Shown here: piece after piece, positions 23,248-32,914 of the stretch
How the letters are laid out: every line of letters starts with the position of its first letter
Position numbering within the stretch: the stretch's first letter is position 1
DNA from: a virus
IMG/VR virus record: IMGVR_UViG_3300037506_000184
Span: 1-64,000 of that record
Length of the DNA: 64,000 bases
Strand: one strand, 5' to 3'
The notes under the pieces: model-generated
Database searches by the model: none
What the model saw: only the letters and a program-made list of their open reading frames with translations
What the model was told of the DNA's origin: nothing
Program-made: the position numbers and the translations under genes

Positions 23248-25575
23248 ATGACCATGCACATCCACACCACGGGCATGAAGGCCCGCGACCTTGACCTGGA
23301 TCTTCCGGGGCCGTGCGTCTTGCTCGTCGGCTGCACCGGCTCAGGCAAGAGCACGATCCTCGATGCAATCCGCATCGCCGCCCTTCGCCACGTCCCTGCC
23401 CTCGGAAAAACCGAGGCGGCAACGGCGCAGCTCATGTCGGGCCGCGAGCTCTCCGTGACGTTGGCGCTCCCCGGCAAGCGCGTGATCCGCCAGAAGCTCA
23501 CCAAGGGCGCGCGGGGCAATCTCTCATGGGCGACCGAGTGCTCCTGGCTCGGCCCCGAAGCGAAGGATACCGAGCATGCGGCCGAGGCGCTCCGCCTCTT
23601 CGGCGAGGACGCAACCGCCGTCGCCGAGTGTCTCGACCTCCGGTCTCTGCTCGCCCTCTCCGGCCCACAGCGCACGGCCCGGATCGAGCAGCTCATGGCC
23701 ACCGAGACCGACCCGGACGCCCAAGCGCTCAGGCTTGCCCGTTACGCCTTCCAGCGCCTGGCCGATGTCGACGACCAGCGCATGAAGGACGTCGCCGATC
23801 ACACCACACTCCGGCCGCTCATCAACGGTTGGGACAAGGACGGCGCCCACGCCGGCCAGTACGCGAGCCTCGCTGAGGTCTGGCCGATGGTGAAAGCGAA
23901 GCTCACGGCCGAAGGCGGGCTCACCAGCGCCGCGGCGTGGGTGAACGAGGAGAAGCGCGCCGGCGCATTGGACCTCGCGAAGAAGGAGCGGGCCCGCGAC
24001 GAGCTCGCCCTTCGGCTCCAGGAGATCGCCGATCCCGACGCCGACGAGATCGCCCGCCTCGAAGAGACGCGCGCAGCACTCGACCAGCACATCGGCGCCG
24101 CCGGCGAGCGGGCGTCGGAAGCGATGCGACGCCGAAACGAGATCGGCAAGGCCGATGCGGCGCTCAGCCGTGCCAAGGCGGAGGCCGCAACGGCGCTGAC
24201 CGCGCGCCAGCGCTACGAGCAGGACGCCGCGGCCGCCGGCGATTGGAAGGCACGGCTCGAGGAGATCGAGGCCGAGCTCGAGGCCATCGTCACCGGCGCC
24301 ACGCCGGACCCGGGCGCTTCGGTCGAAGCCGAGCGGCGCGCTCAGATCGAGGAGCGGCTCTCTGCTCTCGCGGAGGAGATCGCCACGGCCGAGGGTGCCA
24401 TCCCGGCCGAGCCGATCAGCACGGACGCCCTGGCCGCCGAGATCGCCTCCCTGATGCGCCAGCTCCAGGCCGCGCGCGCGAACCCGTGGGCGGAGGTGCG
24501 GATGCTCGCCGCCGATATCCGGGAGCAGGCGAGCCGCATCCCGAAGGCCAAGGAGATCAGCAAGAAGGCCGATCGCCTCGTCGAGATCGCCGGCGCCAAC
24601 GTTGACGATCCCGCGGCGCTCACGGCCGCGATCGAGGCGAAGGAGGCCGAGAAGGCGCGCGCCGAGAAGGAAGCGAGCGGCATCCGCGAGAAGCGACGCT
24701 ACGCGCAGGAGGCCCTCGCCAAGCTCCTCGGCGAACGCGACGAGCTACGGCTGGAAGCGCACCAGGTGAAAGAGCAGATCGACGCCGCGAAGCGACAGGC
24801 CGACTCCGCCACCTTCGACCGCCGAACGAAGCTCACGGTCGAGCGCACCGACCTCCGCCACAAGCTGGAGATGCTCTCCAGGCGCGACCGCGAGACGGAG
24901 AAGGCCGCCGTCACCACCGGCGAAGCCCTACGCTCCGCTGAGGCTCTCAGGCTTCAGCTCGGCGACGCACCCGAAGACGTTGCAGGCGTCGATGAAGCGT
25001 TGACCGCCGAGCGCGACGAGGTGGCCGGTCGGCTTTCGCGAATGCTGGATGCCCGTGCGCAGCACCGGCAGCTCGCCGACGTCATCGCCGAGATCAACCG
25101 CCTCGGTGCGCGGCATGCCGTGCTGCTCGCGATCGAGGATGCGTGCAAGCGGCTCCGCGCCGATGAGGTGGCCGCGCAGGGCGGCCCGCTCCTGGAGATC
25201 CTGACGACGTACCTTCGCGCGGCGGGACGCACCGAGACGCCGTACATCGTGGCCAACCGGACGAGCTGCGACTTCGGATGGGTGCGCGGCGACAAGCAGG
25301 TATCGATCGCCGCGATGTCGGGAGGTGAGTGGGGACTCTTCGCGGCTGGTCTCACGGCGGCGCTCCTCATTCTCAGGGCCGCGCCCGTGCGGATTTTGCT
25401 CGTCGAGAGCGCCGAGCTCGACACGCCCACACTGCAGCAGATGCTCCGCGGCATCGCGGCGCTGAAGAGCGAGCTGACCGCGTGTCTCGCCGCTGCATGG
25501 CACGGCGAGAGCGTGAAGGTTGACGGTTGGACGGTGCTGCGGGCGAGCGGCGAGCGTATCGCTGAGGCCGCATGA
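23248..25575 (+). CDS. SMC/Rad50/SbcC-like coiled-coil ATPase
   Basis: Walker A is VGCTGSGKST. About 500 aa of coiled coil follow. The ABC signature MSGGEWGL and a degenerate Walker B RILLVESAELD lie near the C-terminus. Confidence 0.7.
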   Translation: MTMHIHTTGMKARDLDLDLPGPCVLLVGCTGSGKSTILDAIRIAALRHVPALGKTEAATAQLMSGRELSVTLALPGKRVIRQKLTKGARGNLSWATECSWLGPEAKDTEHAAEALRLFGEDATAVAECLDLRSLLALSGPQRTARIEQLMATETDPDAQALRLARYAFQRLADVDDQRMKDVADHTTLRPLINGWDKDGAHAGQYASLAEVWPMVKAKLTAEGGLTSAAAWVNEEKRAGALDLAKKERARDELALRLQEIADPDADEIARLEETRAALDQHIGAAGERASEAMRRRNEIGKADAALSRAKAEAATALTARQRYEQDAAAAGDWKARLEEIEAELEAIVTGATPDPGASVEAERRAQIEERLSALAEEIATAEGAIPAEPISTDALAAEIASLMRQLQAARANPWAEVRMLAADIREQASRIPKAKEISKKADRLVEIAGANVDDPAALTAAIEAKEAEKARAEKEASGIREKRRYAQEALAKLLGERDELRLEAHQVKEQIDAAKRQADSATFDRRTKLTVERTDLRHKLEMLSRRDRETEKAAVTTGEALRSAEALRLQLGDAPEDVAGVDEALTAERDEVAGRLSRMLDARAQHRQLADVIAEINRLGARHAVLLAIEDACKRLRADEVAAQGGPLLEILTTYLRAAGRTETPYIVANRTSCDFGWVRGDKQVSIAAMSGGEWGLFAAGLTAALLILRAAPVRILLVESAELDTPTLQQMLRGIAALKSELTACLAAAWHGESVKVDGWTVLRASGERIAEAA

Positions 25576-25952
25576 AGCTCACCGACCTCCGTCCCTGCGA
25601 CGCGTGCAACGGCCCGCTGCAAGGTAAGCCGGGCGGTGTCCGCTCGGCGACGTGGTACGTGGTCCGCGTCACGCAGGCGATGCTGAACCCGAAGGCCGCC
25701 GGCCGGACCCTCGGGCTGGCACAGTTCTTCGGCCAGGGCTCCATCAGCCCGGCCGCACTCAACCTCGCCGAGGTCATGGGCGACTGCGGTGATGACGCGG
25801 TGATGATCCTCGGCGACAAAGAACCGGCGCTCACGACCGAGCTGTTCATCTGCTTCGACTGCTACTGCGGCCCGCTCGATCTAGCGTCCGTCGTCGAGCG
25901 GCGTGCCCGGGCGACCGAAGAAGCGGGGGACGGACGGCGGGAAGCGGAATGA
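25572..25952 (+). CDS. Hypothetical Cys-containing 126-aa protein
   Basis: ATGA overlap with the upstream stop. CDAC near the N-terminus and CFDCYC later suggest a zinc site. Confidence 0.45.
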   Translation: MKLTDLRPCDACNGPLQGKPGGVRSATWYVVRVTQAMLNPKAAGRTLGLAQFFGQGSISPAALNLAEVMGDCGDDAVMILGDKEPALTTELFICFDCYCGPLDLASVVERRARATEEAGDGRREAE

Positions 25953-26042
25953 TCCCGATGCCCGAGCTGCCCGACGATACCGACTTCGCCGTCGGCATCG
26001 GGTGGGCGGACGGAATCGGAAGCTGGTCAACGATTTGGAGGG

Positions 26043-26552
26043 ATGGGGATGGGAACGACCTACAGCGAATCGCCACACATTCACGGCCTCGCGATGGACG
26101 TGATGAAGCAGTACCACGGCAAGCTGCTCGAAGCCGGGGTGACGGTCGGCGTCCTGCTGGCAAGTGACGAGGATGAAGACGGCTTCAATCAACCGGCGCT
26201 GAAACGCAGCGGCTATCCTGCCGCCGCCAAGGTGCAAATCGCCAGTCTGGCGGATCGTGCCCGCGGCATCGCCGACGTGAAGCTCGTCGTCGACGAGTAC
26301 GCCTGGGAGCAGTTGCCCGAAGCGTCGCGCCTCGCGCTGCTCGATCACGAGCTGGAGCACGTCGTTCTCGTCTTCGACAACAAGACCGGCGAGCTGAAAC
26401 GCGACGACCTCGGGCGGCCGAAGCTCAAGATCCAGCCGCACGACTTCGAAGTCGGCGTGTTCATCTCGGTCGCCGAGCGGCATCGAGAAGCGGCGGTCGA
26501 AGTGCGGGAGCTGAAGCGGTTTCGCAGCGAGCAGATGGATCTGTTCGGCTGA
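26043..26552 (+). CDS. Putative phage metallopeptidase-like protein
   Basis: LALLDHELEHVVLVFD is an HExxH-type motif. The true start is uncertain because 25949-26042 is covered by a different frame. Confidence 0.5.
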   Translation: MGMGTTYSESPHIHGLAMDVMKQYHGKLLEAGVTVGVLLASDEDEDGFNQPALKRSGYPAAAKVQIASLADRARGIADVKLVVDEYAWEQLPEASRLALLDHELEHVVLVFDNKTGELKRDDLGRPKLKIQPHDFEVGVFISVAERHREAAVEVRELKRFRSEQMDLFG

Positions 26553-26812
26553 TGCTCGACCCCGACGCCACCTACATCGTCTGCATCCCCGCATCCTGGC
26601 GCGCATCACCCGTGCCGGGAGCGGAGACCCGCGAGTGCAGCGAATGCGCGGACGATGTGTGGCTCGCACCGTCTGGGCAGGCGATCGTCGACCGAGAGAA
26701 GGCGGCGATCGTCTGCATCGTGTGCGCGGCGACGGCGAAGGGCGAGCATTCGGTGATCGGGCCGAACCCGGAGCAGGTCAGGGAGATTCTCGCGGCGCTG
26801 ATGGCGTCGTGA
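26552..26812 (+). CDS. Hypothetical zinc-ribbon-like 86-aa protein
   Basis: The start overlaps the upstream stop. Contains CSEC and CIVC pairs. Confidence 0.45.
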   Translation: MLDPDATYIVCIPASWRASPVPGAETRECSECADDVWLAPSGQAIVDREKAAIVCIVCAATAKGEHSVIGPNPEQVREILAALMAS

Positions 26813-26831
26813 GGGGACGGAGGAGGCGGCG

Positions 26832-28748
26832 GTGGACGGACCGAAGGCACTTCACTTGTTCTCTGGCGTGGGCGGCGCGGCACTCGGTTTTCAACGCGCC
26901 GGCTTTCGTAGTGTTGGCGCTTTCGATTCAGACGCGTTGGCCTGCAAGGCGTTCGAGTATCTGACCGGCGATACACCAACGCGCGCCGACCTCTCGACGA
27001 TGAGTCCGGAGGAAATGCGGCAGGCCTGCCTCGATCGCCCTGACGTCGTGTTTCTGAGTCCACCGTGTAAGGGCCATTCGGGCTGTCTGCCGCAGGCGAT
27101 GGCGGACAGCGAGCGCTACCAGGAAATGAACGCGCTTTCGCTCCGCGGCATCTTCCTCGCCGTCGAGGCCTGGAAGACACCACCGCCGCTGATCGTCATG
27201 GAGAACGTACCGCGCATCACGTCGCGCGGGCGTCATTGGCTCGACCAGGTGAAGGGTCTGCTCGAGGGCTACGACTACGCCACGCGAGAGACGGTGCACG
27301 ACGCGGGCGAGCTCGGCGGCCTCGGACAGCGACGCAAGCGCTTCCTCCTCGTCGCACGCCACACGAAGCAGGTGCCGGCCTTCATGCGCGTCCCGCCGAA
27401 GAAGCCGCTCCGCGGCGTGGGTGAGATCCTCGGCCTGCTGCCGGTGCCGGTACCCGGTTCGACAGACGGCGGGCCCATGCACAAGCTGCCGCGGCTCTCG
27501 CCGAAGAACTGGGTGCGGCTCGCGCTCATCCCTGCCGGCGGCGACTGGCGCGATCTGCCGTCCTCGGTGGCGATCGTCGCAGGACCACACCGGCACTACG
27601 GCGGCCTCGGCGTGAACGCTTGGGACGATCCGAGCAAGACTGTCGTCGGCGCCGCCGATCCGAAGAACAAGCCGGTGAGCGTACAGGATCCGCGCCTCGG
27701 TCCGCGCGCTGCGCGACAGAATGGAGGCTTCGGGGTCAACGAGTGGAAGGACCCGAGCCATGCCGTGATCGCGGAGGGCAGCGTTCGCAACACGTGGTCC
27801 TCGGTTTCCGATCCGCGCATCGAAGGCTCGCCGCATCGCCACAACGGCAAGTACGGCGTCGAGAGCTGGGACGATCCGGCGCATGCGGTGATCGGGCAGG
27901 CGCGCACCGGTAAGGGCTGGGCTGGGGTGTCCGATCCGCGGGTGAATACTGCGGGGCCATCGGCCCACAACGGCCGCTTGGGCGTCGAGGATTGGGACGC
28001 GCCTTCGCATACGATCACGGGCCGCCTCGACGCGCGCACCCGCTGGGGATCGGTCAACGACCCTCGCCTCATGTGCTCGCCGCGCGCCGGCGTCTACGGC
28101 GTCGGCGACTGGAGCGAACCGGCCGGCGCAGTGATCGGCTCTGCGAGCCACGACAACGGCCGGCACAGTGTCGCCGACCCGCGGGTCACCTGCGAGCGCC
28201 GCGAGGGCTCGCTCGGTGTCACGGGCTGGGACGAGCCGAGCACCTCGGTGATCGCGAACGGGCGCATCCACAACGGCCCGTGGCAGGTTGCCGACCCGCG
28301 CCTCGACCACGAACCGCGCCGTGGCAGCTACGGTGTTACGGGCTGGGCTGAAGCGACGCACTGCGTCCGTGGCGTGCAGAAGATCCAGAACGGTGAGGCG
28401 AGCGTCGCGGACCCGCGCGTTCCCGAGATCGTCGGCCCCTACTTCGACATCGAGGACAACCGACCGCGCTACCTCGTGATCGTTGCCGCCGACGGTACCT
28501 GGCACCGGCCGATGACGACGCTGGAGCTCGCCGCGCTGCAGAACTTCCCGGTGCAGCATCGCGGCGGCTGGCTGCTACTTCCCGGCAACGATGCCGAGCG
28601 CCGTGAGCTGATCGGAAACGCCGTGCCTCCCGCGGCTGCGGAAGCGATCGCGCTTGCCTGTCTCGAGGTCCTCGCCGGCGCCGGCACGTTCAGGCTCTCG
28701 TCGGAGCCGATCTGGGTCGGGCCGGGAGAGAGGCTGATCGAGGCATGA
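26832..28748 (+). CDS. DNA (cytosine-5) methyltransferase with seven tandem ~40-aa repeats in the variable region
   Basis: C5 motifs in canonical order: LFSGVGG (I), SPPCKGHS (IV), ENVPR (VI), QRRKRFLLV (VIII), TTLELAALQNFP (IX), GNAVPP (X). Seven GxxGVxxWxxPSxxVxx...DPR units occupy residues ~256-531. Confidence 0.85.
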   Translation: MDGPKALHLFSGVGGAALGFQRAGFRSVGAFDSDALACKAFEYLTGDTPTRADLSTMSPEEMRQACLDRPDVVFLSPPCKGHSGCLPQAMADSERYQEMNALSLRGIFLAVEAWKTPPPLIVMENVPRITSRGRHWLDQVKGLLEGYDYATRETVHDAGELGGLGQRRKRFLLVARHTKQVPAFMRVPPKKPLRGVGEILGLLPVPVPGSTDGGPMHKLPRLSPKNWVRLALIPAGGDWRDLPSSVAIVAGPHRHYGGLGVNAWDDPSKTVVGAADPKNKPVSVQDPRLGPRAARQNGGFGVNEWKDPSHAVIAEGSVRNTWSSVSDPRIEGSPHRHNGKYGVESWDDPAHAVIGQARTGKGWAGVSDPRVNTAGPSAHNGRLGVEDWDAPSHTITGRLDARTRWGSVNDPRLMCSPRAGVYGVGDWSEPAGAVIGSASHDNGRHSVADPRVTCERREGSLGVTGWDEPSTSVIANGRIHNGPWQVADPRLDHEPRRGSYGVTGWAEATHCVRGVQKIQNGEASVADPRVPEIVGPYFDIEDNRPRYLVIVAADGTWHRPMTTLELAALQNFPVQHRGGWLLLPGNDAERRELIGNAVPPAAAEAIALACLEVLAGAGTFRLSSEPIWVGPGERLIEA

Positions 28749-29422
28749 TCCCTCGCCTGCAAATACTGGACGCCGCTGGCCTCGCCCACGCCCAAGCCGT
28801 CGTCGCGCGCCATCACTATCTCCGAAAGCCGGTCGACGTCCGCTGCATGCCCGAGGCGTACGCCATCCGCCTCGATTCCGTTCCGGGCCCGGTCGGCTTC
28901 TTCATCCTCGGGCGCCCGCAGGCCACGAAGTGTTTCCCTTGGTACGGATCGCTCGAGGAGACCGCGCGCGGCCGGGCCGAGGTGACCCGGTGGCAGGTTC
29001 TGAATCTCGCCCGGGTGTACTTCGACCCGCGCGTCCAGCCGGGCGGCGAGCGCTTCGGGGCCGGTTATCTGCCGGGCTTCGTCGACCGTCGGCACGCCTT
29101 CCGCTCGACGCTCGGCTCGGCGGCGATCACCGAACTCGCCCACCAGGTCGTGCGCGATTACCTGATCCGGCGGCCGCCCTGCTTTCTGGAGGAGCCGTAC
29201 GAGCTCCGCTGGCTGCTGTCCTATTGCGACACGCGGCTGCATCGCGGGACCCTCTATCGCGCCGCAGGCTTCGAGCTCTGGCGCACGAACGCGGCGGGCA
29301 TCCAAACGTGGCGCCGGCCACTACGGGCGCTGACGCCGGCGGAGGACGCGGAGGTGCGGGCGGCGGCGGAGAGTCACCCGCGATCGATTCGGTTTCGGGA
29401 GCAGCGGCGGAGGGCCGCCTGA
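28745..29422 (+). CDS. GNAT-fold-like HHYL-motif protein (Mom / XF1762 / DUF4338-like pattern); candidate DNA base-modifying enzyme
   Basis: ARHHYLRKP, GFFILGRPQA, VLNLARVYF and LLSYCDTRLHRGTLYRAAGFE match the pattern I associate with Mom-like and DruA-like acyltransferase-fold domains. This is recognition by pattern only. Confidence 0.4.
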   Translation: MIPRLQILDAAGLAHAQAVVARHHYLRKPVDVRCMPEAYAIRLDSVPGPVGFFILGRPQATKCFPWYGSLEETARGRAEVTRWQVLNLARVYFDPRVQPGGERFGAGYLPGFVDRRHAFRSTLGSAAITELAHQVVRDYLIRRPPCFLEEPYELRWLLSYCDTRLHRGTLYRAAGFELWRTNAAGIQTWRRPLRALTPAEDAEVRAAAESHPRSIRFREQRRRAA

Positions 29423-29760
29423 TGCGCTGCATCTCCTTCGCCGCCACGACTCCCCAGATCCGCGCCCGCACCAAGACCGTCACGCGCCGGATCGGCTGGT
29501 GGGATCTGAAGCCAGGAGATCGCCTGCTCGCCGTCGAGAAGTACCGTGGCGTGCGGCGAGAGAATCGCGTCGAGCTCGGCGTGATCGAGGTCGTGTCGGT
29601 GCGGAAGGAACGCCTGGACGCGATCACGCAAGAGGACGTCGAGCGCGAGGGCTTTCTCGGGATGTCGCCGGCCGAATTCGTCGAGTTCTTCTGTCGGCTG
29701 AATCGTTGCCGTTCGGACGCGAGGCCGAACCGGATCGAGTTTCGGTACGTGGAGGAGTGA
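29422..29760 (+). CDS. ASCH (PUA-like) domain protein
   Basis: TGATG overlap with the upstream stop. Motifs: MRCISFAATTPQIRARTKTVTRRIGW...LKPGDRLLAVEK. Confidence 0.6.
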   Translation: MRCISFAATTPQIRARTKTVTRRIGWWDLKPGDRLLAVEKYRGVRRENRVELGVIEVVSVRKERLDAITQEDVEREGFLGMSPAEFVEFFCRLNRCRSDARPNRIEFRYVEE

Positions 29761-30060
29761 ATGAGCCATCGAGACAACTGCCCTGACCGCTACACCGCAC
29801 GCCGCGAAGGCGAGCGCGCCTTCGACTACGGCCGCGGGATCTACAGCAACCCCTACGACGGCGGCTGCGACGAAGCCTCCGAGGAGTGGCGCCGCGGCTA
29901 CCGTGAAGCCGAGGACCGGCGGGGGGAAGAGGAAGCGGCCGAACGCACGGCAGAGCGTCGGCACCAGGAGTACCTCGACGAGCAGCGCTACCTCGAAGAG
30001 CGGTTCTACGCCGAGCAGTGTCCGGAGCAGCCGATGCCGGAAGAGGAGCCGCAAAAATGA
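29761..30060 (+). CDS. Hypothetical acidic 99-aa protein
   Basis: The ORF abuts the previous stop. No motif recognised. Confidence 0.4.
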   Translation: MSHRDNCPDRYTARREGERAFDYGRGIYSNPYDGGCDEASEEWRRGYREAEDRRGEEEAAERTAERRHQEYLDEQRYLEERFYAEQCPEQPMPEEEPQK

Positions 30061-30482
30061 ACGATCCACAGATCGGCACCGTGGCAGTCCTGAACGTCGG
30101 CGAGGGTGACCTGACGCTGACCTTCGACAAGTCGAAGCCCGCCGAGCGCGAGCGCGCCAAGAAGATCATCACCGACATGCTGGCGCGCGGCTATGCGATC
30201 CTCGTGCAGGTGGGCGAGCACGACGGCGAGCCGGTCTACCAGCGCGCCAAGGGCTTCGATCCCGAGACGTGCGAATATCTGATCGTCGGGGTTGCCGAGG
30301 ACGAGGCGCGCGTCACGACCGAAGGCAATGTGATCGTCCCCGAAGTGGTCGAAGCGGAGTTAGCCCCCGACATTCCGCCACCGGCACCTCTCAAGCGTGG
30401 TCGCCCCCGGAAACTGACGACCGAGCGCATCCCGGCCGAGAAGACGCGCACGGTCGCAGTGGCCCGGACGGCTGGCGGGTGA
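30057..30482 (+). CDS. Hypothetical protein with a C-terminal AT-hook-like KRGRPRK
   Basis: ATGA overlap at 30057 (MNDPQIGTVAVLNVGEGDLTLTF...). Confidence 0.45.
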   Translation: MNDPQIGTVAVLNVGEGDLTLTFDKSKPAERERAKKIITDMLARGYAILVQVGEHDGEPVYQRAKGFDPETCEYLIVGVAEDEARVTTEGNVIVPEVVEAELAPDIPPPAPLKRGRPRKLTTERIPAEKTRTVAVARTAGG

Positions 30483-30483
30483 G

Positions 30484-31302
30484 ATGGCGACCGCTGCTCA
30501 AAAGCGACGCGAGAAGAAGCGAAGCCGTCGACGACGGCGAATCGAGCGCGCCGGGAACCCGCCGCAAGGGCAGCGCCCCTCCTTCCGCGCCGGCGACAGC
30601 TTCGGCAAGGTGCGTCAGACGCTTCGCGGCATCGCCGCCATGTCGGGCGAGTGGGCCGGGATCCCGATGCCGCTCGACCACGCGAGACTCGTGGTTGAGC
30701 CAAATTATCCGTACGCGAAAGGGCTCGAATCTATCGCCCCGTCGCTGCCGATGTATGAGCGACCGAACGACGACGGCGAAGACTACGGCAAGTGGAAGGT
30801 CCGCAATCGGTTCTGGTCGGTGCGCAAGAGCTCCACCATAGTCGTCATGGAGAAGCCGGACGGATCGATCACGTGGGGAATCGACCCTGGCATCCACCAT
30901 CTCGGCCACGACCTCTCGACACTTGGCTGCGCGGAAGCCTGGGGCTTCGAGCAGGAGGCCAAGGCGCTGAAGCTGCTGGAGTCGATGGTCCGCCCGCACA
31001 AGTTCAAACAGTACGTGATGACGGGCATGTTCATGGACAAGAGCGACCGATCGGGCGTGATCTACCTGTTCCGCAGGCTGAAGCCGACGGTCGCAATGAC
31101 GCCGCATCGCCCGGACGGACGAATGGGCATCCTGGCCGCGCTCTGCATGCACCCGATCGCTTACTACGAGGGGTCCTGGGGCGGCTCGATGACGCCGACG
31201 GACGATGTAGTGGCGCATCTCGCTTTGATGCGGGGAGACGAGGCGATGTTCTGGCGGCGATCGAATCAGCACCCGCCGCATCGACCGGAGGCGGGGTTGT
31301 GA
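30484..31302 (+). CDS. Hypothetical 272-aa protein
   Basis: Basic N-terminus and globular remainder. No family recognised. Confidence 0.5.
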   Translation: MATAAQKRREKKRSRRRRRIERAGNPPQGQRPSFRAGDSFGKVRQTLRGIAAMSGEWAGIPMPLDHARLVVEPNYPYAKGLESIAPSLPMYERPNDDGEDYGKWKVRNRFWSVRKSSTIVVMEKPDGSITWGIDPGIHHLGHDLSTLGCAEAWGFEQEAKALKLLESMVRPHKFKQYVMTGMFMDKSDRSGVIYLFRRLKPTVAMTPHRPDGRMGILAALCMHPIAYYEGSWGGSMTPTDDVVAHLALMRGDEAMFWRRSNQHPPHRPEAGL

Positions 31303-31476
31303 GCGGCTCTTCCAACCTCGGCCCGTGCTGCGCCTGTCGCGGTACCGAGGTTCGCACGATGGTCGCGATCGAGCGCCTCTCACCGCACAACAGCCAATGC
31401 TCGCCGCGGTTCACGACCGGGAGTCACGATACATGCTCCGCGTGGACGGCGACGACGCCGGGCGAGGAGGATTGAG

Positions 31477-32247
31477 ATGAAGCTAGACCGCGTGACGATC
31501 ACGGGCGCCGACGATTCGGTCGACCCGGTCGACCTGCTGAAGCTCTCGGCGGAATTTCCGTTCGTCGAGTGGGCACTGCTGTTCAAGCACCAGAACGACG
31601 AGTCGCCGCGCCCGCGCTGGCCTCGTTTGCGCTGGTTCGAGACGCTCTTCGAGCTGGTGCGTGGGCGCAGCACGACTCCGCAATTCGCCCTGCATCTCTG
31701 CGGCATGCCGTGCGTGCGCTTTCTGGAGTCGTCGCCTTCCCTCTTCAGCGGTGACCACGAGAGCGTCCCGGGTGGCCTGCTTCAGCTCTGCCGACGCATC
31801 CAGCTGAACACGCACGGGGAACCACACGGTTGGGCTCCGCCGACGGCGATCGCGCTTGTTTCCTTCGAACGTCTGCCGCTCACCGAGATCATCTGCCAGA
31901 TCGACGGCGGCTGTGGCATTAGCCTCTTTCGTGCCCTCGCAGCCGAAGAAATGTACGTGTTCCCGTTCTACGACCTGAGCCACGGCGCGGGCGTGCTGCC
32001 GAAGGAGTGGCCAGCGAACTATCTCGACAAAGACGGTTCCGTTGAAGTCACCTACTGCGGCTACGGCGGAGGCCTCGGTCCCGAGAACGTCGAGCAGGAG
32101 CTGCCGCGCATCGCCGAAGCGGCCGGCGGTCGGTTCTGGATCGACATGGAGACGAAGGTGCGCAGCCAGGTCGACGGCCGCGACGTCTTCGACCTGGAGA
32201 AGGTGCGGCGGGTGCTGGAGATCTGCGCGCCGTACGTGGAGGGGTGA
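31477..32247 (+). CDS. TIM-barrel protein resembling phosphoribosylanthranilate isomerase (TrpF-like)
   Basis: ITGADD at the N-terminus, then ALHLCG, RIQLNTHG, and the C-terminal GYGGGLGPENV...WIDMETKVR...D..KV. These parallel PRAI blocks. This is pattern recognition only. Confidence 0.45.
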   Translation: MKLDRVTITGADDSVDPVDLLKLSAEFPFVEWALLFKHQNDESPRPRWPRLRWFETLFELVRGRSTTPQFALHLCGMPCVRFLESSPSLFSGDHESVPGGLLQLCRRIQLNTHGEPHGWAPPTAIALVSFERLPLTEIICQIDGGCGISLFRALAAEEMYVFPFYDLSHGAGVLPKEWPANYLDKDGSVEVTYCGYGGGLGPENVEQELPRIAEAAGGRFWIDMETKVRSQVDGRDVFDLEKVRRVLEICAPYVEG

Positions 32248-32693
32248 TGCGCGCCCTATCGCTCTGGCAGCCGTGGGCGTCGTACATGGCCTGCGGCTTC
32301 AAGCTCGTTGAAACGCGCCCCTGGGCGACGCCGTACAAGGGCCTCGTCGCGATCCATGCTGCGAAGACGCGCGAGGACCTCGACATGACCCAGGACCTCT
32401 GGGAGCTGCTCTCCGAGGACGCTCGCCGTCGCGGGTTTCTCACGCCCGATCCGCTGCCGCTCGGCGCCATCGTCGCCGTCGGTAAGCTGACCGGCTGCGC
32501 GAGGACTACGAGCCTGGTTCGGTCGATCAGCGACGACGAGAAGACGCTCGGCAACTACGAGCCCGGCCGGTGGGGATGGGTGTTCGAGGACATTCGGCGG
32601 CTGCCGGAGCCGATGCCGTACAAGGGCGAGCGCGGGTTGTGGGAGCTGCCGGCGGAGATCAGGGGGCGGCTGAAGGAAGCGGTTGGGCTGTGA
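32244..32693 (+). CDS. ASCH domain protein (second copy)
   Basis: ATGA overlap with the upstream stop. ALSLWQPWASYMACGFKLVETRPW is the classic ASCH opening. Confidence 0.65.
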   Translation: MMRALSLWQPWASYMACGFKLVETRPWATPYKGLVAIHAAKTREDLDMTQDLWELLSEDARRRGFLTPDPLPLGAIVAVGKLTGCARTTSLVRSISDDEKTLGNYEPGRWGWVFEDIRRLPEPMPYKGERGLWELPAEIRGRLKEAVGL

Positions 32694-32914
32694 TGAGACC
32701 GCACACCTGCCACGCGCGCGGCTGCCCGGTTGCCGTGCCGCCGAAGATGCTCATGTGCCGCCGGCACTGGTTCATGGTGCCGAAGCTGCTCCGGGATCGT
32801 GTCTGGGCGACATACCGGACCGGCCAGGAAGAGGGCAACGCCGACGTCACAAGGGAATACCTCGACGCGGCAGACGCGGCGATCGAAGCGGTGGCGGCGA
32901 AGGAAAAGCGGTGA
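32693..32914 (+). CDS. Small zinc-binding protein, 73 aa
   Basis: TGATG overlap with the upstream stop (MRPHTCHARGCPVAVPPKMLMCRRHW...). Confidence 0.45.
   Translation: MRPHTCHARGCPVAVPPKMLMCRRHWFMVPKLLRDRVWATYRTGQEEGNADVTREYLDAADAAIEAVAAKEKR

Noticed and set aside
21211-23265. 684-aa minus-strand ORF
   Set aside because: It lies antisense to the YqaJ exonuclease and RecT genes, both of which have clear family motifs.
25949-26167. 72-aa ORF overlapping the start of the metallopeptidase-like gene
   Set aside because: Only its first ~30 codons are non-overlapping and the rest is Arg-rich. A frameshift joining it to 26043..26552 is possible but cannot be shown from the sequence alone.
26928-28559. 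543-aa minus-strand ORF
   Set aside because: It lies antisense to the C5 methyltransferase, which has all its conserved motifs in order.
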